NCBI GenBank assembly: GCA_030390025.1
Contig: CM059431.1
Span: 150,228,001 to 150,292,000, forward strand
Source: Squalus acanthias
Lineage: Eukaryota
Length of the DNA: 64,000 nucleotides
Direction of reading: 5' to 3'
The notes under the pieces are model-generated. The model made no database searches, had not been told where the DNA came from, and saw only the letters and a program-made list of their open reading frames with translations. How positions within the stretch are numbered: the stretch's first letter is position 1; the number at the start of each line of letters is the position of its first letter. Made by a program: the position numbers and the translations under genes. Of the stretch, positions 25,041 to 37,671 are shown piece after piece.

Positions 25041-27536
25041 GTGTACAATTCTCCTTTCTAACCCAATATGAAAAAAGCCCAACAAGGTGGGATTCACTAT
25101 TGGATATAGTGATGGGGAATGAATCAGAGCAGATAAGAGAAGAAAACATAGTGGAACATCGAGGCAATAGTGACCATAACATAACACGTTTTAAGATAAT
25201 AATTGAGAAGGAAATAGGTATGACAAAGACAAGGGTAATAGATTGGAGAACAGCTGACTTTGAGGGACTAAGAATAGAAGTGAGGAAAATAAAATGGACA
25301 ACATTGGCAAACAATGATATAGAACAGCAAGGGGAAACAATAAAAACAGTCTTCAACAGATTCCAGGAAAAATATATTCTGCTAAGAAACAAGAACAAGC
25401 TAAACATTAACGAGACACCGTGGATGAAACAAGGCATAAGGGAAACAATGAGCATTAGGAAAGCGGCATACATTAAGTTCATGGTCAGCAGGGGAGAGTG
25501 ATCAGGGAGAATATGAAGGGATTAGAAGAGGAGTCAAAAAAACAATTAGGAAGGCAACAGGGACTAAGAAATTAAATTATCAAGGAATATAAAACAAAAT
25601 GTAGAAATAATTCAGAGTCATATCATTTAAAAAGGAAGGTCGTGATGGGAATAGAGCCACTAAGCGATGGAGACGATAATACCACAGGCAGCAAAAGTGA
25701 GTAGGCAGAGATATTAAATAATACCTTTGCTTCAGTATTTTCCAGGGAGATAGAAGAGGTGGAGATGGAATCGGATGACGAGATTAGTAATGAGTTCACT
25801 GCATTTAATATAAAATGAAGAGATATACTAAATAATCTAATCAAACTCAAAGAGGATAAAACCCCTGGTGTGGGCGGATTACATCCACGTATTTAAGAGA
25901 ATCTAGGGAAGAGATAGCAGAGGCATTACTACACATACTTAATAATTCGTTAGAAAATGGTGTAGGGCCAGAGGACGAGTGGAGTGCTAACGTAATACTT
26001 TTATCTAAGATGGGAGATATAACATATCCAGGGAACTGTAGACCAATCAGATTAACATCGGGGGTTGGAAAAATAATGGAATCCCTGCTAAAGGTAACAT
26101 TTAAGTACATCTAGAAATGAAAAATATAAGAATGAATAGTCAGCATGGATTTCAAAATGGATAACCTTGCTTGATCAAACGAATGGTATTTATTGAAGAG
26201 TTAACAGAGAGAGTAGACAATGCAAATGCAGTAATGACATCAGAATGGATAGCTACCAGGCTTCAACACTGAAAGCGAAGAATAGGGGTAAAGGGTAGCT
26301 ATTCAGAGTGGCAGAAGGTGGGTAGTGGTGTTCGACAAGGATCAGTGCTGGGACAACTGTTGTTCAAAATTTATATTAATGAATTAGACTTTGGCATCTA
26401 AAACACAATTTCTAAATTTGTGGACGGCACCAAATTGGAAGGGATGGCCAATACTGAGGAGGACTGCAACAAATTACAAGAAGACTTTAATAAACTTGCA
26501 GAATGGGCATTTAATTAGAAAATGAAATTAAACAAAAAAAAGGTGAGGTGTTTCATTTTGGTAAGACAAATAGGGAGGTCACATATTACTTGGGAAATAA
26601 GAAACAACAATGGGGTAGAGGAATAAAGGGATCTAGGAGAACAAATACACAAATCATTGAAATCTATGTTTCCCTCATTGAAATCTATTGGCACAGGTTA
26701 ACAAGGACAAACAAAAAGCAAACCAAACACTAGGGTATATTTCTAGAAAGATAGAATTGTAAAGTAGTGAAGTTATGCTAAACTTGTATTGAACATTGTT
26801 GTGGACTTGATTAGATCACACTTGGATAATTGTGTGCAATTCCGATCGCCACATTATAAAACAGGATATAGAGGCACTGGAGAGGGGGCAGAGTAGATTA
26901 CAAAGAAGATACCAGAAATGCGAGGGAACACCTATCAGGAAAGGATGAAGAGTCTTGGTTTATTTTCTCTTGCAAAGTGAAGGCTGAGTGGTGAACTGAT
27001 AGAGCTCTTTAAAATCATGAAAGTTTTTGAAAGAGTAGATACAGAGAGAGTGATTCCACTTTTGGGGGAGAGCAATCTAGAGGTCATCAATATGAAATAG
27101 TCACCAAAAAATCAAATAGGGAATTCAGAATAGACTTCTTTACCCAGAGAGTGGTGAGAATGTGGAACTCGCTAACACAGGGAGTGGTTTAAGCGAATAG
27201 CATAGATGCATTTAAGGAGCGGTTAGATAAGCATATGAGGGAGAAGGGATTAGAGTGTTATGCTGATAGAATAAGATGAGGAAAGACGGGAGGAGGCTCG
27301 AGAGAAGCATAAACACCGACCTAGACTGGTTGGGTAAAATAGCCTATTTCTGTGCCGTATATGCTATGTAATCCTATGTAATCCTATTTAACCCCTGCAA
27401 TTTCTATACTCCTATAGGCTTTCTGTAGTTGTGAGCTCTCAGTATATGAGAAAAGCTACTCTTATTTATCTTATACTTCCCTCTATGCTCCTTGACATTC
27501 AGTGGGCTCCAGTTTGTTGAGTACCATTCTTTTTGT

Positions 27537-27995
27537 TAGCTGTAGCTCAGTTGGCAGCACAACCGCCTCTGAGTCAAAAGGTTGTGGGTTCTCAGTCCCA
27601 CTCCAGGGACCTGAGCACATAAGCTATGCTGACACTCCAGTACAGTGCTGAGGGAGTGCTGCACTGTCGGAGGTGCCGTCTTCCGGATGAGACGTTAAAT
27701 CGAGGGCCCGTCTGCTCTCTCAGGTGGACGTAAAGTACACCATGGCACCATTTCGAAGAAGAGCAGGTGAGTTATCCCCGGTGACCTGGCCAATATGTTT
27801 CCCTCAAACAACATAACAAAACAGATTATCTGGTCATTATCACATTGCTGTTTCTGAGACCTTGCTGTTTGCAAATTGGCTGCCGTGTTTCCCACATTAC
27901 TACAGTGACTCCACTTCAAAAGTACTTCATTGGCTGAAAAGCGCTTTGAGACGGCCACTGGTCGTAAAAGGCGCTATATAAAAGCAGGTCTTTCC
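27537..27995 (+). mobile_element. Full-length tRNA-headed Deu-domain SINE (SacSINE1/AmnSINE1-related)
   Basis: A box tagctcagttgg, B-box-like ggttctcagtccc, central ttatctggtcattatcacattgctg domain, L2-like tail aaaggcgctatata. Confidence 0.85.
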
Positions 27996-28199
27996 TTTCC
28001 TTTTTTCTTTCTGGGAACATATTTGCTCTGAAGCCTCACTATCTCCTCCTTGAATGCCCCCCATTGTTCTGACACTGATTTACCTTCAAGTAGCTGTTTC
28101 CAGTACACTTTTGCTGAATCACATTTCAGCTAAATAAAAGTGACCTTTCCCTAGTTGAAAGCGTTCACACCTTGTCTATCTGTGTCCTTTTTCATAAAG

Positions 28200-28570
28200 G
28201 AAGATTTAATAAAGATTTCAAAACTTTGATGGGTTTTAAAGGGTGCATTTGTCAGTTTCTTTCCAGTGGCAGAAAGGTGGTTAACCAGAGGTCACAGATC
28301 TAAGATAATAGGCAAAAGACCCAGAGCAGAGATGAGGAGAATTTTCTTTTTGCAGTGAGTTGCTGTGATCTGGAATGCACTGTCTGAGAACGTGGTGGAA
28401 GTTTATTCAATAGTAACTTTCGAAAGGGAATGGGATAATTAGTTGAAGAGGAATTTTTTTCAGTCCTCTGGGTAAACAGTAGGAATAATGAGACAGCTCT
28501 TTCAAACAGATGGCACGGAAACGATTGGCCGAATGGCCCCAATCTGTGCTGTACCATTTTATAATTCTAT
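28200..28570 (+). mobile_element. CR1 3' end fragment
   Basis: 3' UTR ggccgaatggcc and ttctatga tail. Confidence 0.8.
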
Positions 28571-28789
28571 GAGCATGAAACAGGGAGAGAGAAGAGGGAG
28601 AATGAGAGACAGAGAGAAAGAAAAATAGAGACAGAAAGACTGGGAGAGGCACAGCAGGGAAGACATTAACTTTAAAAGGGGAATTGGATAAATACTTGAA
28701 GGGTAACAATTTGCAGGACTATGGGAAAATAACTTGGGAATGGGGCTAATTGTAGGGGTGAGGTCATGGTGGGATTTGATCATAATGAT

Positions 28790-29225
28790 GAGGATATTAA
28801 GATCGAGGCTTTTCCCGCTCGGGAGCAAATGTTGGTCAGCGAGCAAAGGGTTGATGTGTGAACAGGAAATGGTGCGTGTTCGGTTATGGGCAGCAGAGAT
28901 TTGGATGAACTCTAGTTTATGGAGGTAAGCCAGGAGATTATTGGAATATTCCAGTCAGGTTTAAAAAAAGGCATGGGTGAGGGTTTATGCAGTGGAAGGG
29001 CTGAGGTGAGACTGACATGTTCGATATTATGGAAATGGTTTTAGGCAGGACTGGGGAATCAGAGGATACAAGGTCGGAACACAGCTCAAGGTCAAAGAAA
29101 ACGCCGTGTTTGCGAACAGTCTGGTTCATCCTCACACGTTGGCCAGGGAGGGAGATTGAATTGGTAGATTAAAACATGGACTTTGTAACGAGGACTGAAG
29201 ACAATGGCTTTGGTGTTCCCAAGAT
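28790..29225 (-). mobile_element. Old L2 fragment
   Basis: Reverse complement resembles 19080-19500 (KTKAIVF, RNLGVxFDxEL-like motifs). Confidence 0.65.
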
Positions 29226-29395
29226 TTAAATAACAAACACAGCAATACAGTGAGACGTGGTGTATAGATCTAATTGCTGAATGTAGAGACTTCACAGGAA
29301 TACCAACAGCGGCAAAGATGAGAGAGTAACTTACGAGAAAGGTAATACAGTAGGCAAAGGTTTGGAGAGGTAATAGTTGGTTACAGAGACTTACC

Positions 29396-29503
29396 CACAT
29401 TACAACAGTGAATCGACTTCAAAAATAACTTAATTGGCTGTAAAGCACTTTGCGACGTACGGTTGTCGTGAAAGACCCTATACAAATGCAAGTCCTTCTT
29501 TTT
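29396..29503 (+). mobile_element. Deu-SINE 3' tail inserted into a relic splice donor
   Basis: Matches 27891-27995; TTACC duplicated at 29391-29395 and 29504-29508. Confidence 0.8.
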
Positions 29504-29606
29504 TTACCGAATAACAACCGCAGCAAAGGAGGGGAGAGTAAAAGATAAGAACAGTGATCCTGTTAAACAAGGTTTATAGACTTAATAGCAATATAGAGAG
29601 CCTTAC

Positions 29607-29787
29607 CAGGAACACCAACAACAGCAAGGAGGGGATAGTAAAATATTTGAATCGTCTGAAGTGCGTAAAGGATCCGACTTTGTAATGATAGCATATCATA
29701 ATATTCATAAAGAACGTCAAACGCCGAGGAAAAACTCTTGCCCATTGTTGTAACATTCCAATCTACTGTTCTCAGATTCCAATCCAT
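29607..29787 (-). CDS. First coding exon of a GPR139-like class A GPCR (N-terminus and start of TM1)
   Basis: ATG at 29787; MDWNLRTVDWNVTTMGKSFSSAFDVLYEYYDMLSLQSRILYALQTIQIFYYPLLAVVGVP + G|GTAAGG phase-1 donor; NVT sequon; YYPxLxxxGVP/intron layout matches my recollection of GPR139-family exon 1; second exon not found in the window. Confidence 0.75.
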
Positions 29788-29896
29788 TGTTGTAATATTC
29801 CAATCTACTGTTCTTAGATTCCGACTCCTTCTTTGCGAAGCAGCGCGTTGATCCCTGTTAGTACCAGAGGTAATGCCGTCACAGATACTATGGGAT

Positions 29897-30110
29897 AACA
29901 CATTGAAAGGAGTCCCTTATTAATAGAAGAGGGAAACCCTGCACTGAGAGAATTACGGTCCACCGAGACTGACATTAATTACAGTCACTGAGCAAACAGT
30001 TTCAGTTAATCAGTGGAGACTGACATTAATTAAAATCACTGAAAAAACAGCTTCTGTTAACCCCTTTCAATCCAGCACGTTTTCTACCATAGTAAATTAG
30101 CACTTTTCCG
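29897..30110 (-). promoter_or_regulatory. Putative promoter of the GPR139-like gene: TATA-like TATTAATAAG and a duplicated TAATTA-containing 51-bp module
   Basis: Conserved with 5930-6085; gagactgacattaatta...cactga..aaacag present twice (~29965 and ~30016). Confidence 0.5.
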
Positions 30111-30124
30111 CGGTCCAGCTGGAA

Positions 30125-32752
30125 TGTACGAGGGTTGCTGAGGGAAGGAATGGTGGAAATAGCGCAGGATCTGGCCAGAATCTTTCAACGCTCCTTGGAT
30201 ATGGGAGTGGGGCCAAAGGATTGCATGGTTGCAAATGTTACACCCAGTTTAAAAAAGAAGAGAGGAATGAACAATGTTACTATAGGACAGTCAGGCTAAC
30301 GTCGTTGATGGGGAAAGTTCTAGAGGCCATATTCCCGGATAAAATTATCTGTCACTTGGAAAGAAACATGGTTTAATAAATGACAACCAGCACAGATATG
30401 TTAACAGCAAAGTGTGTCTGACAAACTTGATTAAGTATTTTGATGAAGTAACGTACATGATTGATGAGTTTTGCGTGGTTGACGTTGTGTATATGGACTT
30501 TAAAAATCCATTTAATGAAGTGCCATAAAAAATCTAGATAAGACTAAAGTGGCAGTGGCAGTGGGGATCTAGCTTTGGCAAAGGGACAAAAAACAAAAGT
30601 TAGTGTTGAATGGCTGTTGCTCAGGCTGGAGGGAAGTAGACAATGGTGTCCCAAAGGGTTCCCTATTTGAAACATTTATCTTTTTGATAAATATTAATGA
30701 TATAGACTATATATATATGTAAAGGGCATAATTTGTTCGTATGCAGATGAACCAAAACTGGGAAATGTAGTAAACACTGAGTGGGATAGTAGCAGGCTTC
30801 AGGAGACAGAGACAGACTGGTGAAAATAGAAAAGTGATAAAGGTGTCAGCGACACTGCTGTTAAGTGGTCCTTGCCCACCAATAACCTACTCATCGACGC
30901 TCAGTTTGGTTTCAGACAGGGCCGCCCGGCTCCAGACTACATTACAGCCTTTGTCGAAACATGGACAAAGAGCTGAATTCGAGAGCTGAGGTGAGAGTGA
31001 CTGCCACCATCGTAAAGCTGGAGTCATTGGGAATGAGGGGGTAAACTCTTCATTGGCTGGAGTCATACCTAGCAAGAAGGAAGATGGCTGTGGTTGTTGG
31101 AAGTCAATAGTCTCAGTCGCAGGACATCGCTGCAGGAATTGCTCAATGAAGTCTCCAAGGCCCAACCATCTTCAGCTGCTTCATCAATGACCATCCCTTC
31201 ATCTTAAGGTCAGAAATGGGGATATTCGCTTAAGTTTGCAGTGGTCACTTCCATTCGCAACTCCTCAGAAAATGAAGCAGCCCGTGTCCGCATTCAACAA
31301 GACCTGGTCGAATTTCAGGTTTTTGCTGATTAGTGGCAAGTAACACTCGCACCACAAAGTGCCAGGCAATGACGATCTCTAACAAGAGCCAGCTGCCCGT
31401 GACATTCCATGGCATTACCACCGCCAAATCCCCTGCATCAATATCCTGAGGGTCAGCATTCAACAGAAACTTAACTGGACCAGGACCAGCCACATAAAAA
31501 TTGTGGCTACAAAATCAGGTCAGAGCCTGGGTATTCTGCTACGATTGCCTCACATCCTGACATCCCAAAGCATTTCCACCATCTACAAGGCACAAGTCAG
31601 ATGTGTTATGGAATAGATTCCACTTGCCTGGATGAGTACAGCCCCAACAACACTCAAGATACTCGACGTCACCCAGTACAAAGCAGCCTGTTTGATTGGC
31701 ACCAAAACCAGGACCTTAAACATTCACTCCCTCCACCACCGGCGCACCGTGGATGCAGTGTGTACCATCTACAAGATGCATTGCAGCAACTGGCCAAGGC
31801 TTCTTCGACAGCACCTCCCAAACCAACGAACTCTACCATCTAGACGGAGAAGGGCAGCAGGCGCAAGGAAACGTATCCAACTCCAAGTTCCCTTCCAAGT
31901 CAGACAGCTTCCTGGTTTGGAAGTACATCGTTGTTCCTTCATCGTCGTTGGGTCAAAATCCTGCAACTCCCTTCGTAACAGCACTGTGGGAGAACATTCA
32001 ACTCACGAGCTGCAGCGGTTCCAGAAGGTGGCAAATCCACCTTCTCAAGGGGAATTAGGGACGTGCCTTAATTGCTGACCGTGTCAGCCATGGCCACATC
32101 AGATGTATTAATAAACATGAAAACAAGTCTAATGAAATTGAATGCATAGAAATGTGAACGATAAATCTGGGAGGAAAATGAATAGGGAAAATATAAACTT
32201 AACTGTACAATTTTAAGCCCCGGCTGGAGTATTGTGTCCAATTCTTGGCTGCACACTTTAGGAAACATGTCAAGGTGTTGGAGTGGGTACAGAGGAGATT
32301 TACCAGAATGATACCAAGGATGAAGGACTTAATTTATGCTGAGTGACAAGAGAAGCTGGAATTGTTCTCCAGAGAGCACGCAATATAAAAAGGAGATATA
32401 CTGGAGTTGTTCAAAATTATGACGGGTTTTATAGAATAAATAGGGAGAAAAGATCTGGTCGGTAACCAGAAGAAAAATATATAAGATAATCCGGAAAAGA
32501 ACCAGAGGGATGATGAGGAGAATCTTTTCTAAGAAGCGAGTTGTTATGATCTGGTATGCACTGCCTTAAAAGGTAATAGATGCAGGTTCAATAATGACTT
32601 TCAAAAGGGAACGGGATCAATTATGGAAGTGAGGGATTTGCAGGACTATGGGAAAAAAACAGGGGAAGGTAACTAATTGAATAGCTCTTTCAAAGAGCTG
32701 GCACAGGTTCGATGGAATGAATGGACTCCTTCTGTGCTGTATGATTCTATGT
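30125..32752 (+). mobile_element. Decayed CR1 (30125-30830, 32130-32752) interrupted by a second CR1/L2-group LINE 3' fragment (~30860-32120)
   Basis: RT remnants; ORF 31632-32078 (APTTLKILD...HSLHHRRTV...CTIYKMHCS) typical of a LINE C-terminus. Confidence 0.8.
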
Positions 32753-33197
32753 AATTTGTTTAGCGGAGCATGTCGCCCCGCTCTGATCACAGGCCTTGCC
32801 TGGTTTCAATCAGTGAATTAAAAATCAATGATTATATTCCTATTACATTATTTATATCTATTTGTTCTCAGGATTTCGTGTCTAGAGGTAACCAAGACAT
32901 GTATGAGGATTTCAGCAGAAGATGAGCTCAGGCAGGGGCGGAGACGGCCGATGTTAAGGAAGTAGAAATCAAGATGGAGTCTGACCGTGACGTCTCCGAG
33001 GTTCAATAGCAATACGCAGCACTGACCCGTGAAGGAACTGCCGAGTAAACCGGACCCCAGCGATAGACAGAACCTTACAGGCTGAACAGAAGGAGTTTTG
33101 TACTAACAGGAATGACGAACACAACTACATTCTCAGATTAATGCTCAGTACTGTGAGGCATGGGTAATGACAACCATCTTAGTTTGAACTGCTCCCC

Positions 33198-35195
33198 CGG
33201 CAGGTACAGAACGAGGTTCGATACAGAGTAAAGTAACCTCTACACTGTCCCATCAAACACTCCCAGGGCAGGTACAGCACGGGGTTAGATACAGAGTAAA
33301 GCTCCCTCTACACTGTCCCATCAAACATTCACAGGGCAGGTATAACAAGGGTTCGATACAGCGTAAAGGTCCCTCTGCACTGCCCCATCAAACGCTCCCA
33401 GGGCAGGTAGATCACGGGGTTAGATACAGAGTAAAGCTCCCTCTACACTGTCCCATCAAACACTCCCAGGGCAGGTACAGCACGAGTTAAATAAAGAGTA
33501 AAGCTCCCTCTGCACTGTCCCATCAAACACTCCCAGGGCAGGTACAGCACGGGTTAGATACAGAGTAAAGTTCCCTCTGCACAGCCCACTCAAACACTCC
33601 CGGGGCAGATCCAGCACGGGTTAGATACAGAGTAAAGCTCCATCTACACTGTACCAGCAAACACTCCGAAGGGAGGTATAACAACGGTTAGATAGAGAGT
33701 AATGCTCCCTCTACACTGTCCCATCAAACACTCCCAGGGCAGGTACAGCACGGGGTTCGATAGAGTAATGGTCCCTGTACACTGTCACATCAAACACTCC
33801 CAGGGCAGGTATAACAATGGTTAGATACAGAGTAAAGCTCCCTCTACACTGTCCCATCAAACACTCCCAGGGCAGGTACAGCACAGGGTTAGATACAGAG
33901 TAAAGCTCCCTCTACGGTTTCCCATCAAATACTCCCACGGCAGATACAGCACGTATTAGTTAGAGAGTAAAGCTCTCTGTACACTGTCAACTTCAACACT
34001 ACCAAGGGCAGGTACAACACGGATTATATACAGAGTAAAGCTCCCTCTACAGATTCCCATCAAATACTCCCAGGTCAGGTACAGCATGGGGTTAGATACA
34101 GAGTAAAGCTCCATCTACACTGTCCCATCAAACACTCCCAGGGCAGGTACAGCACGGGTTAAATACCGAGTAAACCTCCCTCTACACTGTCCCATCAAAC
34201 ACTCCCAGGGCAGGTACAGCACGGGTTAGATACAGAGTAAAGTTCCCTCTGCACAGCCCCCTCAAACACTCAAGGGGCAGATACAGCACGGGTTAGATAC
34301 AGAGTAAAGCTCCCTCTACACTGTCCCAGCAAACACTCCGAGGGGAGGTATAACAACGTTTAGATACAGAGTAAAGCTCCCTCTACACTGTCCCATCAAA
34401 CACTCCCAGGGCATGAACAGCACGCGATAGATACAAAGTAAAACTTCATCAACACTGTCCCATCAAACACTCCCAGGTCAGGTATAACAAGGGATAGATA
34501 CAGGGTAAAGCTCCCTCTACACTGTCCCAGCAAATACTCCCAGGGCAGGTTTAGCATGGTTTCGATTGAAAGTAAAGCTCCCTCTGCACTGTCCCATCAA
34601 ACACGCCCAGGGCATGAACAGCACGCGATAGATACAAAGTAATGCTCTTTCTACACTGTCCCATGAAACACTCCAAGGGCAGATAATGAACGGGTTAGAT
34701 ACAAAGTAAATCTGCCTCTACACTGCCCTTCTATACTTCCGGGGCAGATACAGCACGTATTAGTTAGAGAGTAAAGCTCATTGTACACTTTCAACTTCAA
34801 CACTACCAAGGGCAGGTACAGCACGGATTATATGCAGAGTAAAGCTCCCTCTACAGTTTCCCATCAAATGCTCCCAGGGCAGATACAGCACAGGCTAGAT
34901 ACAGAGTAAAGCTCCCTCTACACTGTCCCATAAAACACTACCAAGGCAGGTAAAGCACGGATTAGATACAGAGTAAAGCTCCCTCTACACTGTCCCATCA
35001 AACACTCCCAGGGCTGGCACAGCAGGGATTAGAGACAGAATAAAGCTCTCTCTACACTGTCCCATCAGGCTCTCACAGGGCATATACACCCCGTGTTAGA
35101 TAAAGCGTGAAGCTCACTCTACACGGCCCCATCAAACGCTACTACGGCAGATATGGCATGGGTTAGATATAGCGTAAAACTCCCTCTACACTGTC
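33198..35195. repeat. 67-bp satellite (gggcaggtacagcacgggttagatacagagtaaagctccctctacactgtcccatcaaacactccca)n, about 30 units
   Basis: Period read directly; dispersed monomers at ~50450-50525 (+) and ~57235-57352 (-). Confidence 0.97.
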
Positions 35196-35204
35196 CGAAT
35201 CTCG

Positions 35205-35542
35205 GTCTATGTGGGTCCCAGTACCACACGGGGTGTTAGTTCAGGCTATCTCAGCACAGCCCGGGGATAGAGCCTGGGCCTTTCTTGATTTCTGCGAGTG
35301 TGGAACTCAGTACCACAGCGGTTGAATTCAGGCTAACTCAGCACAGGCCGGGGATGGAGCCTGGGGCTTTCCTGCTCTGTGTGTGTGTGGGGCTCAGTAT
35401 CACATCGGTTGAATTCAGGCTAACTTAGCACAGGCCGGGGATGGAGCCTGGGCCTCTCCTGCTCTGTGTGTGTATGTGATGCTCAGTGCCACAACGGGTG
35501 TGAGATAAGGCTAACTAAACACAGGGCGTGGATGGAGCCTGT
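35205..35542 (-). repeat. Four ~88-bp tandem units resembling a tRNA-derived SINE head
   Basis: Units start at ~35217, 35306, 35393, 35482; minus strand carries B-box-like ggctccatccc followed by tgtgctgagttagcctga. Confidence 0.7.
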
Positions 35543-36121
35543 GCCTTACCCAACGATCACTGCCTCCCCTCTCTCAGTGATGCCGTTCCCTGGGATGCTC
35601 AGCTCCAGTCTCTGTCGGACCAGTGTCGAGATATCAATTCCTGCTTCTGTCATCCCAGTGCATTTAAATTAATACACTTTCTTCCTGGAACAACTCTACT
35701 GTCCTTCCAACAATTGGCTTCTGTTGAGCTGTCAGCAACTCCGCTCTGTCCCATTTTTGGAGATAAAAAAGCTGAGATCACACTCAGTAATAAAGTACAT
35801 TTTATCAAAGGATCACTACCAGCTCAAAGGGCCCACCTCACACATAATTTCACAGAAGCAAGAGGAAAAATCATCTCACTCTTTCTATAATCCGCTTTCA
35901 CTCCGCGTTTGTTTGCTACCATCTATCTCTCCTCTATCTCTGCCAACCTTTCTCTCTCTCTCCCTTTCGCTATGAAATAATTTCACATCGCTCTATCTCT
36001 CCTCTATCTCCGTTACCCTCTCTCTCCCTATCTATATCTATTAACCTCTCCAATCTCTCTATCTCCATCTATCTCTCCTGTCTATTTCTGCCACTCTGCC
36101 CGACGTCCTCACTATGTCGTG

Positions 36122-37570
36122 CTCTCTCTCTCAGTCTCGGTCTCACTCTCTCTCAGTCTCGGTCTCACTCTCTCAGTCTCGGCCTCACTCTCAGTATCGG
36201 TCTCACTCTCTCTTAGTCTCGGTCTCACTCTCTCAGTCTCGGTCTCACTCTCAGTATCGGTCTCACTCTCTCTCAGTCTCGGTCTCACTCTCTCAGTCTC
36301 GGTCTCACTCTCTCTCAGTATCGGTCTCACTCTCTCTCAGTCTCGGTCTCACTCTCTCCCAGTCTCGGTCTCACTCTCTCTCAGTCTCGAACTCTCTCTC
36401 TCAGTCTCGTTCTCACTCTCTCTCAGTATCGGTCTTCACCTGACGAAGGAGCAGCGCTCCGAAAGCTTGTGGATTCAAATAACGCTGTTGGAATATAACC
36501 AGGTGCTGAGCGACTTCTCACATTTGCCCACCCCAGTCCAACACCGGCATCTCCACATTTTCTCTCTCTTCTCAGTCTCGGTCTCACTCTCTCTCAGTCT
36601 CGGTCTCACTCTCTCTCAGTCTCTGTCACTCTCTCAGTCTCGGTCTCACTCTCTCTCAGTCTCGGTCTCACTCTCTCTCAGTTTCGGTCTCACTCTCTCA
36701 CAGTCTCGGTATCACTCTCTCTCAGTCTCGGTCTCACTCTCTCTCAGTCTCGGTCTCACTCTCTCTCAGTCTCGGTCTCACTCTCTCTCAGTCTCGGTCT
36801 CACTCTCTCTCAGTCTCTGTCACTCTCTCAGTCTCGGTCTCACTCTCTCTCAGTCTCGGTCTCACTCTCTCTCAGTCTCTGTCACTCTCTCAGTCTCGGT
36901 CTCACTCTCTCTCAGTCTCGGTCTCACTCTCTCTCAGTCTCGGTCTCACTCTCTCTCAGTCTCTGTCACTCTCTCAGTTTCGGTCTCACTCTCTCTCAGT
37001 CTCGGTCTCACTCTCTCTCAGTCTCTGTCACTCTCTCAGTTTCGGTCTCACTCTCTCTCAGTCTCGGTCTCATTCTCTCTCAGTCTCGGTCTCACTCTCT
37101 CTCAGTCTCGGTCTCACTCTCTCTCAGTCTTGGTCTCGCTCTCTCAGTCTCGGTCTTACACTCTCAGTCTCGGTTTCACACTCTCTCAGTCTCGGTCTCA
37201 CTCTCTCTCCGCCTCGGTCTCACTCTCTCCAAGTCTCCTTCTCACTCTCTCTGTCTCGCGCTCTGTCTCTCAGTCTCGGTCTCACACTCTCTCAGTCTCT
37301 GTCTCACACTCTCTCAGTCTCGGTCTCACTCTCTCTCAGTCTCGGTCTCCCTCTCTCTCAGTCTCGGTATCACTCTCTCACAGTCTCAGTCTCATTCTCT
37401 CTCAGTTTCGGTCTCACTCTCTCTCAGTCTCGGTCTCACTCTCTCTCAGTCCCGATCTCACTCTCTCTCAGTCTCTGTCTCACTCTCTCAGTCTCGGTCT
37501 CACTCTCTCTCAGTTTCTATCTCAATCTCTCTCAGTTTCTGCCACATTCTCTCTCAGTCTCTATCTCACA
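36122..37570. repeat. 22-bp pyrimidine-rich minisatellite (tctctctcagtctcggtctcac)n
   Basis: Period 22 (20-24 variants) read directly. Confidence 0.97.
36436..36472 (+). ncRNA. Minimal type-I hammerhead ribozyme motif (family B) in a ~125-bp Penelope terminal fragment (36435-36558)
   Basis: tcac-CTGACGA-a-ggagc/gctcc stem II-GAAAgctt-gtgg; intact core. Confidence 0.8.
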
Positions 37571-37671
37571 CACTTAGGGAGGAGAGAGAGAATCTGGGGA
37601 GAGAGAGAGAGACAGTTAGAGACAGAGAGCGACTGGGGGAGAGAGAGACTGGGAGACAGAGAGAATATAAC

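Larger units (their letters stand above)
23632..27385 (+). mobile_element. Long decayed CR1 ORF2 (endonuclease to 3' tail), interrupted by a Penelope-like insertion
   Basis: EN motifs (GKRGGGVA, MGAFKYPDINW, SDHNI), RT remnants, (ctatgtaatc)n tail. Confidence 0.9.

Noticed and set aside
27537..27610. tRNA gene
   Set aside because: tRNA-like head continues directly into a SINE body; B box disrupted; same for 9480-9575 and 58341-58410
33198..35195. CRISPR-like appearance of regular repeats
   Set aside because: Head-to-tail units without unique spacers, eukaryotic context, no cas genes
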